A stretch of DNA of 64,000 nucleotides from Candidatus Omnitrophota bacterium (GTDB lineage Bacteria; Omnitrophota; Gorgyraeia; Gygaellales; Profunditerraquicolaceae). The number at the start of each line of letters is the position of its first letter. The stretch's first letter is position 1. Location of the stretch: assembly GCA_026416665.1 (NCBI GenBank), contig JAOAET010000051.1, forward strand, positions 11,800 to 75,799, written 5' to 3'. The notes below the pieces were generated by a model that ran no database searches, was not told the DNA's origin, and worked only from the letters and a program-made list of their open reading frames with translations. The position numbers were made by a program, and so were the translations under genes. Of the stretch, positions 38,743-50,084 are shown in pieces.

Positions 38743-39525
38743 CTATATCCTCAGTTTAAAAAAAGTTACTGCATTTAAGGTAGTTTGTCTTGCCACTTCC
38801 TCAAGAGTAACTCCTTTTATTAAGGCAACTTCTTCAGCTAACCGCCGAACAGAGGCTGGTTCGTTGCGTTTACCACGCATACCTTCTGGAGAAAGATATG
38901 GGGCATCTGTTTCAAGACAAATACATTCAAGCGGAGTTACCCTCACAAGTTGGCGTAAGTATTCTGATCTTTTATAGGTAATGTTACAGGTAAACGAAAC
39001 AAGATACCCTCGTGTTATACATTCTTTTAAAAATTGCTCATCTCCACTAAAACAATGAATAAGGACACTATCAACTGATTCTTCTTTTAGTATTTGTAAA
39101 GTCTTTTCTTGAGCCTGCCGACAGTGGATTACTACGGGTTTGGCTAATTTCTTAGAAATCCGTAACAAACAACGAAACAACTCTTCCTGTTTATTGGGAC
39201 TAGATAGATTGCGATAGTAATCTAGACCTATTTCACCAATAGCCACTACCTTGGGATTCTGTGCAAGATACAAAAACTCCTCTTCATCTTCAGCTCGCCA
39301 GGTATCTGCATCATGGGGATGACAACCCACAGTAGCAAATACATTTGGATATCGCTTGGAAAGTTCTATGCACTGACGAGAAGCTGATAAACTTGAACCA
39401 ACAGATATAATCCAATGCACATTTTGCCTTTGCGCAGAGGCCAAAACCTCATCCCTATCCCTGGCAAACTCTGGAAAATCAAGATGACAATGGGTATCTA
39501 CTAGTGACCAGTCTCTATTATCCAT
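38743..39525 (-). CDS. tatD: TatD family hydrolase
   Basis: DTHCHL, GEIGLDY, HCFSG, ETDAPY. Confidence 0.95.
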   Translation of the reverse strand: MDNRDWSLVDTHCHLDFPEFARDRDEVLASAQRQNVHWIISVGSSLSASRQCIELSKRYPNVFATVGCHPHDADTWRAEDEEEFLYLAQNPKVVAIGEIGLDYYRNLSSPNKQEELFRCLLRISKKLAKPVVIHCRQAQEKTLQILKEESVDSVLIHCFSGDEQFLKECITRGYLVSFTCNITYKRSEYLRQLVRVTPLECICLETDAPYLSPEGMRGKRNEPASVRRLAEEVALIKGVTLEEVARQTTLNAVTFFKLRI

Positions 39526-39537
39526 TAAAATAGTTTA

Positions 39538-41046
39538 CTACTCTGTCTCAATTCGGGGAAAAAGAGGCAGTGATTTTTTAATTACTTTCTGTCCTATCTG
39601 CTGCTGTATAAAAGCTGCTGTCTGTGGCATAAATGCCGAAAGTTCGCTATTTATCGCTCTAATAATTTCTACTAAAAATCTCATGAACAACGCAAGTTCA
39701 TTTTTCTTATTCTCCTTCAACAAATTCCATGGTTTGGTTTCTTCTATATACTTATTTGCCTTATTGATAAGTTCCCAGATTCTTTCAAGAGCCAGACTGA
39801 AATTAAAATCATTCTCAGGCTGTAAGATTTTAAATACATCTTCGGGTAATCTACGGACGACAAATTTAATCTCTTCGGCTTGCTTACTCAATGACTGGGT
39901 CCAGATATCTATTTCTGGTATAGTTCCAGAAAAATATTTCTCTATCATACTAAGCGTGCGATAAACTAAGTTCCCTAAGTCATTGGCTAAATCACTATTA
40001 TAACGTTTAACAATTGCTTCCTCTGAAAAGTTACCGTCTAAACCAAAAGGGACATCGCGCAAGAGAAAATATCTTAAACCATCTGCGCTATATTTTTGGG
40101 TAAGCTCAACAGGTGAGATGACATTACCACGAGACTTAGACATCTTAGTCTCTTGGCTTAACCACCAACCGTGTGCACAAATAGTCTTAGGTGGCTGTAT
40201 TCCTAAAGCATGTAGCATAATGGGCCAATAAATTGCATGTTGGCGTAAAATATCTTTGCCAATTAACTGTAAGTCTGCAGGCCACCACAAAGAGTGGTAT
40301 TGTCCCTTTTCATCAAAATCACCAACTGCGCTAATATAATTAATCAGCGCATCAAACCAGACATAAGTAACATAGTCACTATCAAAAGGAATAGGGATAC
40401 CCCAAGATAATCGCTCTTTTGGGCGTGATATACATAAATCCTCTAAACGATTTTCTTCAAGAAACCGAACTACTTCATTGTAACGTATCTGCGGACGGAC
40501 AAATAAAGGATTTCTCTTTAAATAATCCATTAGCCAATCTTGATATATAGATAAGCGGAAAAAATAATTTTTTTCTGTAATGTATTCTACTGGTCGTTGA
40601 CAATCAGGGCAGAGATTATCTTTTAGCTGTGATTGTGCCCAGAAGCTTTCACAGGGGGTGCAATACCATCCTTCATACTGTGCTTGGTAGATATCATTTT
40701 TTTCTTTCAAAATACTTAGCACCCTTTGTACTACCTTCTTATGCCTTTCTTCAGTAGTACGAATAAAGTCATTATAGGATATACCTAGAATTTTCCATAA
40801 TTCCTTGAAAGTCAATACAACCCTATCAGCAAAAGAAAGTGTATCTAGACCGGAAGCCTGTGCGGCCCGTTGTATCTTCTGCCCGTGTTCGTCTGTTCCT
40901 GTTAGAAACCAAACATTCTGTTGACCATACCTATTTCGCATACAACGGGCAATCGTATCTGCCGCAATTGTAGTATAAGAATGTCCAATATGTGGTTGGG
41001 CATTAATGTAATATAAAGGTGTAGTTAAATAAAACTTATTCGCCAT
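39538..41046 (-). CDS. metG: Methionine--tRNA ligase (short form, no C-terminal dimerisation domain)
   Basis: HIGH, GTDEHG, YVWFDAL, KMSKS. Confidence 0.97.
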   Translation of the reverse strand: MANKFYLTTPLYYINAQPHIGHSYTTIAADTIARCMRNRYGQQNVWFLTGTDEHGQKIQRAAQASGLDTLSFADRVVLTFKELWKILGISYNDFIRTTEERHKKVVQRVLSILKEKNDIYQAQYEGWYCTPCESFWAQSQLKDNLCPDCQRPVEYITEKNYFFRLSIYQDWLMDYLKRNPLFVRPQIRYNEVVRFLEENRLEDLCISRPKERLSWGIPIPFDSDYVTYVWFDALINYISAVGDFDEKGQYHSLWWPADLQLIGKDILRQHAIYWPIMLHALGIQPPKTICAHGWWLSQETKMSKSRGNVISPVELTQKYSADGLRYFLLRDVPFGLDGNFSEEAIVKRYNSDLANDLGNLVYRTLSMIEKYFSGTIPEIDIWTQSLSKQAEEIKFVVRRLPEDVFKILQPENDFNFSLALERIWELINKANKYIEETKPWNLLKENKKNELALFMRFLVEIIRAINSELSAFMPQTAAFIQQQIGQKVIKKSLPLFPRIETE

Positions 41047-41124
41047 AATCGAAGTTTATTGTTTTAGTGTAGCTTAATTAAGAGATGAATTTAATCTATG
41101 GTTTTACCAATTTGCTTTACCTAA

Positions 41125-41907
41125 TTATTTGTAATGAACTTCTATTACTGCTCCTGTTTCTAATTCCACAGTTGCTGTGCGTTTGAAAACATTAACACTA
41201 ATTACTTTACCTTTTCCTTCCTTAAGATTAACGCGCTCCCCCTCTTTTGGTAAACCTTTAGAAAGTATCTTATAGGTCTCATATTCAAAATTAAGACAGC
41301 ACATAAGTCTACCACAAATACCAGAGATTTTAGGAGGGTTAAGTGGGAGCCCTTCTTCTTTAGCCATCTTTATTGTAACAGGTTCAAAATCTTTTAGGAA
41401 AGTAGCACAACACAGCTGTCTACCACAAGGCCCAAAACCACCAAAAAATTTTGTTTCGTCTCTTACCCCTATTTGACGCAATTCAATACGTGCTTTAAAA
41501 ATTTTGGCAAGATCTTTGACTAATTCTCGGAAATCTACCCTACCTTCTGCCGTAAAATAAAATACTATTTTTGTTCGGTCAAAAGAATACTCAGCCTGCA
41601 CAATTTTCATTTCTAATTTATGTTCCTCTACTTTTCTGATGCAAGTAACAAGTGCCTCCTTTGCCTTTGTGCGATTTTCCTCAATTTGTTTTTTGTCCTG
41701 TTCTCTGGCAATACGAACAATTTTCTTTATCGGTTGTTTATCCGATAGCTCCTTTTCATCTACCTTAAGTGATATTATCTGACCGTAATCTAAACCTCGG
41801 TCATGTTCAACAATAACCAAATCTCCTTCTTTTACCTCACAGCCACCGGTAAAATAATAACAGTTTTGTCCTGTATCTCTTAGCCGAACACAAACTATGG
41901 ATTCCAT
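41125..41907 (-). CDS. PSP1 domain protein (YaaT/RicT-like)
   Basis: RVDFRELV, GG.GPCGR.LCC, CGRLMCCL. Confidence 0.93.
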   Translation of the reverse strand: MESIVCVRLRDTGQNCYYFTGGCEVKEGDLVIVEHDRGLDYGQIISLKVDEKELSDKQPIKKIVRIAREQDKKQIEENRTKAKEALVTCIRKVEEHKLEMKIVQAEYSFDRTKIVFYFTAEGRVDFRELVKDLAKIFKARIELRQIGVRDETKFFGGFGPCGRQLCCATFLKDFEPVTIKMAKEEGLPLNPPKISGICGRLMCCLNFEYETYKILSKGLPKEGERVNLKEGKGKVISVNVFKRTATVELETGAVIEVHYK

Positions 41908-41929
41908 AAATCTGTCCTCGTTAAATAAA

Positions 41930-42964
41930 TTAGCTTCTTATCTCTGACAACACCATATTAAGTAGAAGTTTAAGATTGACATTCTGTTCGGTATATAACA
42001 AGGCCTCTTTTAAAACATACATAATCCGCTCTATTTTCTCCAAGGAAAAATCTTTTGCCAAACTCTCTAAAAGCGGAAGATTTTCTGAATCGGCTATTGT
42101 GCTAGGCGGAAGTTCTGCTTTTAAAAAATATAAGTCCCTCAAAAATAAAGAAATAAAACAGATAGACCTTATAAATCTTTCTTTATCTTGTAGGAATGTT
42201 TGCTCTGTATTAGGAAATCTTTGAACAAAAAATAAATTTATAACGCGCTTTTTTTCTGTGAGTAGCTGTTCACTATTCTCTCTTACCGCCTTACCTAAAC
42301 TACCCTCATAAAAATAGGCAAGATACCTGCGCGCCTCTTGGGAAAGGTCCTGTTGTTTGGCTAATATATCTTCTATTAAAGCTGTATTGACCCCAGAAAA
42401 TTTAAGCAGTTTACAGCGTGAAATGATAGTTGGATAGAGAAGATTTTTTTTGTCTGTGACTAAAATAATTACACTGTAGCCAGGTGGTTCTTCTAGAGTC
42501 TTTAGGAAGGCATTGGCTGCATCACTATTCAAATTGTGGGCATCATTAATAATTACTACTTTATAACAAGACTTAGTAGGCTTATAGGAGAGTTCCTGCT
42601 GTAACTGGCGTATTTCTTCAATTTTTATCTCTTTGCTCTTAGAACCCACAGATATAGCTTTCTTTTGCGTTTCTGTTTCAGGGATAGGGTATTCTGTGGT
42701 ATCTATCTCTTCTGCCTGTTTATCCACAATATAAACATCTGGATGGTTGCGACGCTCAATAGCTAAACAGTTATGACACCGCTGGCAACAGTCATCAGTC
42801 TGGTTAATACATTGAATAGCCTTTGCAAAATTAACTGCAGTTAAGAATTTTCCCACTGCGGTTGGTCCTGAAAATAGATAAGCACCTGCTACTCTTTTAG
42901 TTTGCAAGATACGCTGTAAAACAGAAATTTGCAGACTATGTCCTTTAATGTCTTTAAACGCCAT
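41930..42964 (-). CDS. holB: DNA polymerase III delta' subunit
   Basis: AYLF.GP...GK, Zn motif, HPD, ANAFLKTLEEP, TIISRC. Confidence 0.93.
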   Translation of the reverse strand: MAFKDIKGHSLQISVLQRILQTKRVAGAYLFSGPTAVGKFLTAVNFAKAIQCINQTDDCCQRCHNCLAIERRNHPDVYIVDKQAEEIDTTEYPIPETETQKKAISVGSKSKEIKIEEIRQLQQELSYKPTKSCYKVVIINDAHNLNSDAANAFLKTLEEPPGYSVIILVTDKKNLLYPTIISRCKLLKFSGVNTALIEDILAKQQDLSQEARRYLAYFYEGSLGKAVRENSEQLLTEKKRVINLFFVQRFPNTEQTFLQDKERFIRSICFISLFLRDLYFLKAELPPSTIADSENLPLLESLAKDFSLEKIERIMYVLKEALLYTEQNVNLKLLLNMVLSEIRS

Positions 42965-43580
42965 CTTTGAAGAATATCTTGTCTACAATTTTACGAATAC
43001 GTTGTTGGGTTGAATTTAAATCGTCTAATAATCTTACTACCTTTATTCTTTCAGGAAATTTTTTAGATAAAATACGATACCCCTGTTGGACACGCCGGTG
43101 ATAAGAAAAAGCCCTTTGTTCAATTCGGTCTTTCCTTCGTAATATTTTCTTAAACGCTTTTGATAAAGGAATATCCAAAAGTATAGTTAAATCAGGCGTA
43201 ATCCCCTCTGTTACAAATTCCCCTAATCTTTGAATAAATTCTAAATCCATGCCTAGTCCATATCCCTGATAGACAACAGTAGAATCAAGAAATCTGTCAC
43301 AAATAACAATAAATCCATTCTTCAAAGCAGGACGAATAACCTCTTCAACTGTCTGCGCCCTGCTTGCCATATAAAGTAAAAGCTCAGTCTTATCAGCCAT
43401 CTTAATATTATGAGGATCAAGAAGAATTCTACGAATCGCCTCACTGATTTTAGTGCCTCCAGGCTCACGTAAAAAGATAACCTTGCGATATTTACTTTTT
43501 AGATATTCAAATAGTAACCTTGACTGTGTGCTCTTACCACTACATTCCGTACCTTCAAAAGTAATAAATTTTGCTCTCAA
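42954..43580 (-). CDS. tmk: Thymidylate kinase
   Basis: FITFEG...GKST, REPGG, CDRF; probable TTG start 43580 after AGGAG. Confidence 0.95.
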   Translation of the reverse strand: MRAKFITFEGTECSGKSTQSRLLFEYLKSKYRKVIFLREPGGTKISEAIRRILLDPHNIKMADKTELLLYMASRAQTVEEVIRPALKNGFIVICDRFLDSTVVYQGYGLGMDLEFIQRLGEFVTEGITPDLTILLDIPLSKAFKKILRRKDRIEQRAFSYHRRVQQGYRILSKKFPERIKVVRLLDDLNSTQQRIRKIVDKIFFKDGV

Positions 43581-43626
43581 ATTAATCTCCTTCTTTAATA
43601 AATTATCTGCCCAAAATAAGCATTTT

Positions 43627-45063
43627 CTACAATTTCCTTCTCCAGGTTGTTCCTTCTTTGGTATCCTCAAGAATAATACCTTCTTGCTCAAGCTCTTTAC
43701 GAATACGGTCAGCTTCCAGAAAATTACGTTGTCTCTTGGCCTGAAGTCGTCTTTGTATCAACTCTTCAATACGTTTATTCTCTTCATCTTGGTTGGTTTC
43801 TTTATATGAAGTTACCGTAACTACTTCGTTGATGTCTATGCCTAAAACTTTAAGAAAATCAGAAAAAAGAATCTGTGCCTGTGCTACAAACATTTTATCT
43901 AAGATATTCTTGTTAGTCTGGCTAATTAATTCAAAAAGACACGCCACTGCCTTTGGGGTATTGAAGTCATCATCCATTGCCGCAACAAATTCCTGTCTTA
44001 AATTATCTAGCAGATGATTATCAAAATGTGAAAATACTTTTTGTATTTTTAAAGTGTTAATCTTATGCCAAAGAATACTGATTCTTTCAAGCGCCTGTTT
44101 TGCCTCTGAGATTTTTGTTTCAGTATAATCAATAGGATGGCTGTAATGTGTAGAAAGAAAAAAAAGTTTAAGTATACTTGCATATTTATAACGTCTTAAA
44201 AAGTCCTCAACAGTAATAAAGTTACCTAAAGACTTTGCCATCTTCTGTCCGTTTATCGTAAGCAGTCCGTGGTGTAGCCAATATCGGGCAAAAGATTTAC
44301 CTGCTGCTTCAGACTGGGCAATTTCGTTTTCATGGTGTGGGAAAATTAAATCAATACCACCTCCATGAATATCAAAGGCGTCCCCCAAAATGTCTGAACT
44401 CATTACAGAACACTCGATGTGCCAACCGGGTCTACCTTTACCCCAAGGGCTGTCCCAACACGGTTCTTCTTTCTTTGCCTTTTTCCAAAGGGCGAAATCC
44501 AAAGGATTGCGTTTCTGCTCATTAAGTGCTACACGTGCACCTGCCTCCATCTTCTCGAGAGACTGATTAGAAAGTTTTCCATAGGACTTTGCCTGGCTAA
44601 TGTCAAAATATACGTCACCATTAGATACATAAGCTACTTTGCGTTTAAGAAGCTCTTCAATAAAAGTAATCATCTTGGGAATATATTGGCTTGCTTTAGG
44701 CTCAATAACCTGTGGTTCTTTATAAGCAATGCCTAATTTATCTAATGCACAGTGGTAACTTTCTAAATACTTATCCGCAACTTTCTTAAAAGAAATCTGT
44801 AATTCTTCTTCAGGATACTCATTTCTTGCCTTATCAATAATTTTATCATCTACATCAGTTACATTACGCACAAATTTTACTTCATAACCTCGCCAGATAA
44901 GATAACGTCTTATTAAATCAAATACATAGGCACTGCGTGCGTGGCCGATATGCGGTTCGTCATAAACAGTAGGACCACATACATACATTGAGAACTTCCC
45001 TTTTTCTAAGGGAATTAATTCCTCTTTTCTACGCATTAAGGAATTATAAACCGTAATACCCAT
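43627..45063 (-). CDS. cysS: Cysteine--tRNA ligase
   Basis: CGPTVY..HIGH, GRPGWHIECS, KMAKS. Confidence 0.98.
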   Translation of the reverse strand: MGITVYNSLMRRKEELIPLEKGKFSMYVCGPTVYDEPHIGHARSAYVFDLIRRYLIWRGYEVKFVRNVTDVDDKIIDKARNEYPEEELQISFKKVADKYLESYHCALDKLGIAYKEPQVIEPKASQYIPKMITFIEELLKRKVAYVSNGDVYFDISQAKSYGKLSNQSLEKMEAGARVALNEQKRNPLDFALWKKAKKEEPCWDSPWGKGRPGWHIECSVMSSDILGDAFDIHGGGIDLIFPHHENEIAQSEAAGKSFARYWLHHGLLTINGQKMAKSLGNFITVEDFLRRYKYASILKLFFLSTHYSHPIDYTETKISEAKQALERISILWHKINTLKIQKVFSHFDNHLLDNLRQEFVAAMDDDFNTPKAVACLFELISQTNKNILDKMFVAQAQILFSDFLKVLGIDINEVVTVTSYKETNQDEENKRIEELIQRRLQAKRQRNFLEADRIRKELEQEGIILEDTKEGTTWRRKL

Positions 45064-45064
45064 C

Positions 45065-45751
45065 TTACTTATTTCTTTTCTCTAAGTCGGCTATGCGTTT
45101 CTCAAGCTCTTCTAAATTCTGCATAAGTGGATCTAAGATATGTATGTGGTCAAGGCTCACATCAATTTTTCTGCCGTCTTGTTTAGTTATCCTACCAGGA
45201 ACCCCCACAATGGTAGAGTTAGGCGGAACATCTCTTATTACCACTGCATTTGCACCAATATAAGAATTATCTCCTATAGTAATATTACCTAAAACCTTTG
45301 CTCCTGCACCAATGACCACATTGTTTCCAATAGTGGGATGGCGTTTACCTTTTTCAAGCCCTGTTCCCCCTAAGGTAACCCCTTGATATAGAAGCACATT
45401 GTCACCAATAATAGCAGTTTCACCAATAACTACTCCCATACCGTGGTCAATGAAACAACCTTTACCAATGGTTGCTCCTGGGTGAATTTCAACTCCTGTA
45501 AGAAAACGCCCTATCTGGCTAATCCATCGTGCAATAAAATATAATTTCTTTTTATAGAAAAAATGGGCGATGCGGTATAAGACTAAAGCATGTAAACCTT
45601 GATACAATAGTAAAATCTCCCATATACTTCGTGCTGCTGGGTCCTTTTCTTTAGCGGCTTTCACTTCCTCTTGGAAAAAAAGGAGAATAACAGTAACTTT
45701 TAAAGCTAAAAATATAATCAAGAATAATAAAAACTTAAGTAAAAATAACAT
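45065..45751 (-). CDS. cysE: Serine O-acetyltransferase with hydrophobic N-terminal extension
   Basis: DPAA, EIHPGA, IDHG.GVVIGET, KRHP hexapeptide repeats. Confidence 0.95.
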   Translation of the reverse strand: MLFLLKFLLFLIIFLALKVTVILLFFQEEVKAAKEKDPAARSIWEILLLYQGLHALVLYRIAHFFYKKKLYFIARWISQIGRFLTGVEIHPGATIGKGCFIDHGMGVVIGETAIIGDNVLLYQGVTLGGTGLEKGKRHPTIGNNVVIGAGAKVLGNITIGDNSYIGANAVVIRDVPPNSTIVGVPGRITKQDGRKIDVSLDHIHILDPLMQNLEELEKRIADLEKRNK

Positions 45752-45753
45752 TT

Positions 45754-46236
45754 TTACTCCTTTTTTAAAAGGCAGACAGCATACGCAGCAATTGCCTCAG
45801 CCCTGCCTACTTCACCAATTCCATTATTAGTCTTTGCTTTGATACTAACTGCTTCCTGTTTAACACCCGTAGTCTGACTGATTATCTGCTGCATAGCTTT
45901 TTTAAAAGGCACAAAGTTTGGCTGGCTGGCAATAATTACACAGTCGATATTTATAAGATTAAATCCTTCTTGTTTAATAGAATTAATCAACTTCTCTAAC
46001 AATGTCCTACTTGAAATCCCTTCATATGAAGGGTCAGTATCAGGAAAACATTCGCCTATATCCTGTTTTCCTGTTGCACCTAAAAGCGCATCACATATAG
46101 CATGTAAAAGAACATCGCCGTCTGAATGGCCAGAAAGTCCTTTAATATAGGGTATCTGTATTCCTCCGATAAACAGTGGTCTTCCCTCAATAAGAGGATG
46201 TATATCATAACCAAATCCTATACGGAGATTTTCCAT
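45754..46236 (-). CDS. ispF: MECDP synthase
   Basis: G.G.DIH, GHSDGDV..HA..DA, DIG..FP, KAKT. Confidence 0.96.
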   Translation of the reverse strand: MENLRIGFGYDIHPLIEGRPLFIGGIQIPYIKGLSGHSDGDVLLHAICDALLGATGKQDIGECFPDTDPSYEGISSRTLLEKLINSIKQEGFNLINIDCVIIASQPNFVPFKKAMQQIISQTTGVKQEAVSIKAKTNNGIGEVGRAEAIAAYAVCLLKKE

Positions 46237-46240
46237 AATA

Positions 46241-46936
46241 TCAGGCCTTTCGTTTAGCCAATGCTTGAGCAATTAAAGCGTCCTCAGCAGTAGTAACCTT
46301 GATATTCTCGTAACTACCCAAAACTACTGCCACAGGAAGCCCTATCTTCTCAACCAAACTTGCATCATCGGTTACATCTTCTTTAACAAATTTAGCTATT
46401 GCTTCCTCTATTAATCTTTTATGAAAAGCCTGAGGAGTTTGTACCTGCCAAAGTGTATCTCTTTTAAGGGTTTTTTCTACTAACATTTCATGATTAACTG
46501 TATTAATTTCTATTTGTTTAATAGTCTCTTTTACTGGGACTGCTAAAATTGCCGCACCCCAAAAACGTACTTTTTTTATAAGTTTTGTAACTAGTGACTC
46601 CTCCACAAATGGCCGTGCTCCATCGTGGATAATAACAATTTCTGTATGTGGACTGGTTACCTTTACTCCTTCAGCTACAGAATCTTGTCTACGTTTACCA
46701 CCTAATACAATTCTTTTTACTTTAGTAAATCCTTCCTTTTTTACTAAATGCTGTATCTGTGACTTGTTTTTTCTACTTGCTACAACAATTATCTCATTAA
46801 TCTGTGGATGTCGCTGAAAAGTACCGATACTATAACTAAGAAGTTTTTTTTTAGCTAATCTAATAAGCAGTTTATCATTATTCCTATCAAAACGACTACC
46901 TTTACCTGCTGCTAAGATTATACAACTAATGTACAT
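46241..46936 (-). CDS. ispD: MEP cytidylyltransferase
   Basis: AAGKGSR, RQDSV, HDGARP, QTPQ, TDD, NIKVT. Confidence 0.96.
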   Translation of the reverse strand: MYISCIILAAGKGSRFDRNNDKLLIRLAKKKLLSYSIGTFQRHPQINEIIVVASRKNKSQIQHLVKKEGFTKVKRIVLGGKRRQDSVAEGVKVTSPHTEIVIIHDGARPFVEESLVTKLIKKVRFWGAAILAVPVKETIKQIEINTVNHEMLVEKTLKRDTLWQVQTPQAFHKRLIEEAIAKFVKEDVTDDASLVEKIGLPVAVVLGSYENIKVTTAEDALIAQALAKRKA

Positions 46937-47909
46937 CGTATTTAATAACTTTAGCAAAAATCATTCTTCCTGCGGGAGTCTGAAGAACAGAGGTTACTGA
47001 CACTTTGACTTCCTGCCCAATTAATCTACGAGCATCTTCTACTACCACCATTGTTCCATCATCCAAATACCCCACTGCCTGGTTATATTCTTTTCCTTCT
47101 TTTAAAAGTTTAAGCTGTAACTGTTCACCTGGAAAAACCACAGGCTTAAGGGCATTAGCCAACTCATTTATGTTTAATACCTTTACCCCTTGGAAACTTG
47201 CTACGTGGTTTAGATTATAATCAACGGTTAGTATCTTTGCCTGCAGTATTTGTGCAAGTTTAACCAATTTTGCGTCAACCTCTCGCACCTCAGGGAATTC
47301 ATCCTCATGGACAGACAATACCAAACCTGCCTCTTTTTGTATACTATTCAATATCTCTAATCCTCTGCGACCGCGTTGACGTTTTATTGGATCGGTAGAA
47401 TCAGCAATTTGTTGAAGTTCTTTGAGAACAAAGCGCGGAATAATAATTTTCCCACTAAGAAACTTTGTCTTTAAGATATCTAGAATTCTACCATCAATTA
47501 TGGCGCTTGTATCTATAATTATTGTTTCCTCTTGTTGATCCTGGCGTCGCAAGCGAACATAAGGAATAATTAAATTAAATTCATCTTTGCCACGTAAACC
47601 AATAAGCATACCCAGATAGCAGAAGATTAGGGTTAAAATAACCCGAATATTTGCCTCTGTCTGTTCAGGGAGCTTTGCTAGACTGAAAGCATCTCCTACT
47701 AATTTCGCCATAATAAGCCCTAAGATAAGTCCAAATACTGTTGAGGACAACCCACGCACAGATACCCGTTTCATTAAACTCTCAAGTAAAATAATAATCA
47801 CACTACTTACAAAGCCAATGACTGCACCTAACAGATGAACCGGTGTAAGATAGTATCCCACAAGAATACTTGCTATTAAGAAAAGAATACGAACAGATAA
47901 AACATTCAT
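46926..47909 (-). CDS. Membrane PIN/TRAM domain protein (YacL-like)
   Basis: N-terminal TMs, [34 protein letters not shown]. Confidence 0.93.
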   Translation of the reverse strand: MNVLSVRILFLIASILVGYYLTPVHLLGAVIGFVSSVIIILLESLMKRVSVRGLSSTVFGLILGLIMAKLVGDAFSLAKLPEQTEANIRVILTLIFCYLGMLIGLRGKDEFNLIIPYVRLRRQDQQEETIIIDTSAIIDGRILDILKTKFLSGKIIIPRFVLKELQQIADSTDPIKRQRGRRGLEILNSIQKEAGLVLSVHEDEFPEVREVDAKLVKLAQILQAKILTVDYNLNHVASFQGVKVLNINELANALKPVVFPGEQLQLKLLKEGKEYNQAVGYLDDGTMVVVEDARRLIGQEVKVSVTSVLQTPAGRMIFAKVIKYDVH

Positions 47910-47945
47910 TTTACCTCCTATTAAAGAAAATAAAAACTTATGAGT

Positions 47946-49322
47946 TTATAACCTATTTTCTAAAGCAGTGTCTATTGCCTCTTTAAGACTCTTAACTGGA
48001 ATGATTTCTATTCCTGATGTACGTAGACCTTTTGCCACAGTTGCTGGAATAATACACTGCTTAAAACCCAATTTCTCTGCTTCTTTAATCCTCGTTTCAA
48101 TCTGTGAACAGCTACGAATCTCCCCTGCTAACCCCACCTCGCCAACAGCTACCAAAGTTTGAATCACTGGCATATCACGAAAGGCAGAAGCAACAGCCAA
48201 AGACACCCCTAAATCTGCTGCAGGGTCCTGCACTTTAATTCCACCAGCGATATTAACAAAAATATCTGTTGTTTCTAAAGCAAGACCAATTCTTTTCTCT
48301 AAAACCGCTACCAAAAGGGTAAGGCGGTTATAATCAAACCCTTCTGCCCTTCTACGGGCATAGCCATAACCAGCGTGGCTTACCAAAGCCTGTATTTCTA
48401 CTAATAAAGGGCGTGTACCTTCTACAATAGGCACAACTAAAGAACCGGAAATATTTTTAGGCCTTTCTGCAAGAAAAATCTCTGAGGGATTATCTACTGC
48501 CAGCAGACCTTGACTAGTCATCTCAAAAACTCCAATCTCATTAGTAGAGCCGAATCTATTTTTAACCGCTCTTAAAATACGGTAAGTAGAAAATCTGTCA
48601 CCTTCAAAATAAAGCACAGTGTCTACAATATGCTCCAATACGCGCGGTCCAGCAATAGTTCCTTCTTTAGTAACGTGTCCGATAATAAACATTGCTGTTT
48701 TAGTGGTTTTGGCAAGTTGCGTTAGAATCCCTGCGCATTCGCGAACCTGACTTACACTGCCTGGTGATGAAGCAATTGATGGCTCAAACATTACCTGGAT
48801 GGAATCAATAACCACAAGATGAGGTTTTAGTTTATTTATATATTCACAAACCGCGGAAATATCTGTTTGATTAACAATGTAAAGATTTATATTACTTACT
48901 TCTGTACCCAAACGCTGTGCCCTTAACTTGGTTTGGGTAACTGATTCTTCTCCACTTACGTAAAGAACAGTCAGACCTGAAGCCACTAAATGGCTACAAA
49001 TCTGCAGTGAAATTGTAGATTTACCTATACCTGGATCCCCTCCGATAAGGGCAACGCAACCTTTCACAATACCCCCACCTAAAACACGGTCAAATTCACT
49101 AATATTTGTGCTAAAACGCTCAGTTTTCTCAAGTTGTACATCTCGCAATAAAACTGGCTGTTGGCTATACAAAGCTTGTCGCTTAGTAGTTTTTGCTACA
49201 GGTGCAGTGTAATTTTCTTCTACAAAAGAATTCCAACTGTTACAATCTGGACACCGACCAAGCCACTTTGCTGATTGATAACCACAATGTTGACAGGTAA
49301 AGACAGTTTTAGTATTTGCCAT
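47946..49322 (-). CDS. radA: DNA repair protein RadA/Sms
   Basis: C4 zinc finger, GDPGIGKST, KNRFG. Confidence 0.97.
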   Translation of the reverse strand: MANTKTVFTCQHCGYQSAKWLGRCPDCNSWNSFVEENYTAPVAKTTKRQALYSQQPVLLRDVQLEKTERFSTNISEFDRVLGGGIVKGCVALIGGDPGIGKSTISLQICSHLVASGLTVLYVSGEESVTQTKLRAQRLGTEVSNINLYIVNQTDISAVCEYINKLKPHLVVIDSIQVMFEPSIASSPGSVSQVRECAGILTQLAKTTKTAMFIIGHVTKEGTIAGPRVLEHIVDTVLYFEGDRFSTYRILRAVKNRFGSTNEIGVFEMTSQGLLAVDNPSEIFLAERPKNISGSLVVPIVEGTRPLLVEIQALVSHAGYGYARRRAEGFDYNRLTLLVAVLEKRIGLALETTDIFVNIAGGIKVQDPAADLGVSLAVASAFRDMPVIQTLVAVGEVGLAGEIRSCSQIETRIKEAEKLGFKQCIIPATVAKGLRTSGIEIIPVKSLKEAIDTALENRL

Positions 49323-49369
49323 AAGCACTTAAAAATTCACTTTAAAAAAAATGATATAAGTTCAAAAGA

Positions 49370-50071
49370 TTATTTCTTTGGAGACTTTGGCTCTGCTGAC
49401 TTTTCTCGCGGTTTAACAAGAAGCTTCCAGGGATGTTTTCTTATGTCAACAACAAGTTCTTCAAGTTGCTTATACAATGAATCATCATAAAGTAGCTTGC
49501 CAAGGGTACCTTCTTTGTTCTTAATTTTAGTTAAACCATCATCTAAGTTCTGGGTAAACGAAGAAATAGAATTGGTTAACGTCTTTATGTCATTCATACT
49601 CTGGTCTAGTTTAGTGGCAATAGATTTAGCCAACTCTCCAAATTCATGCATTGGTAACGGATTATTACCAATAATCATGGCATTTTCACCTAAGAAATTC
49701 GCATAGTTTTTTCCTGGCATAATTTCAATATATTTTTCTCCCAGCAATCCCAGAGTATTTACCCATACTTCCGAATCTTCTGGTATATGCACTCCCTTAC
49801 GAATATAGGCGACAATCTCCACTTTTGTGTTGTTGGTCTCTTGACTGGCAACAATATTAATATGCCTTACCTGTCCTACATCTACTCCTGCGAAACGAAC
49901 AGGTGCACCTACTTTAACACCGTTTATAAAATTAAAAATAAAAGTAACCTTGTAGGCAGAGATAGTGTTTTTAAAATCACCGATTAAAAGCACGAAAATA
50001 AAAAGAATAATGATAGCAATAAAAACAAATATTCCTACTTTAAACTCAGTTTTTGTTTTTCCAAAGTTCAT
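49370..50071 (-). CDS. mlaD: MCE/MlaD family protein
   Basis: N-terminal TM, G...GAPVRFAGV.VG.V, GLLGEKYI. Confidence 0.88.
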   Translation of the reverse strand: MNFGKTKTEFKVGIFVFIAIIILFIFVLLIGDFKNTISAYKVTFIFNFINGVKVGAPVRFAGVDVGQVRHINIVASQETNNTKVEIVAYIRKGVHIPEDSEVWVNTLGLLGEKYIEIMPGKNYANFLGENAMIIGNNPLPMHEFGELAKSIATKLDQSMNDIKTLTNSISSFTQNLDDGLTKIKNKEGTLGKLLYDDSLYKQLEELVVDIRKHPWKLLVKPREKSAEPKSPKK

Positions 50072-50084
50072 AAGACCCCCTCCA

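Noticed and set aside
43581-43691. Cys-containing N-terminal extension of Tmk in the ORF track
   Set aside because: Overlaps cysS; an SD-preceded TTG at 43580 gives a normal-length Tmk.
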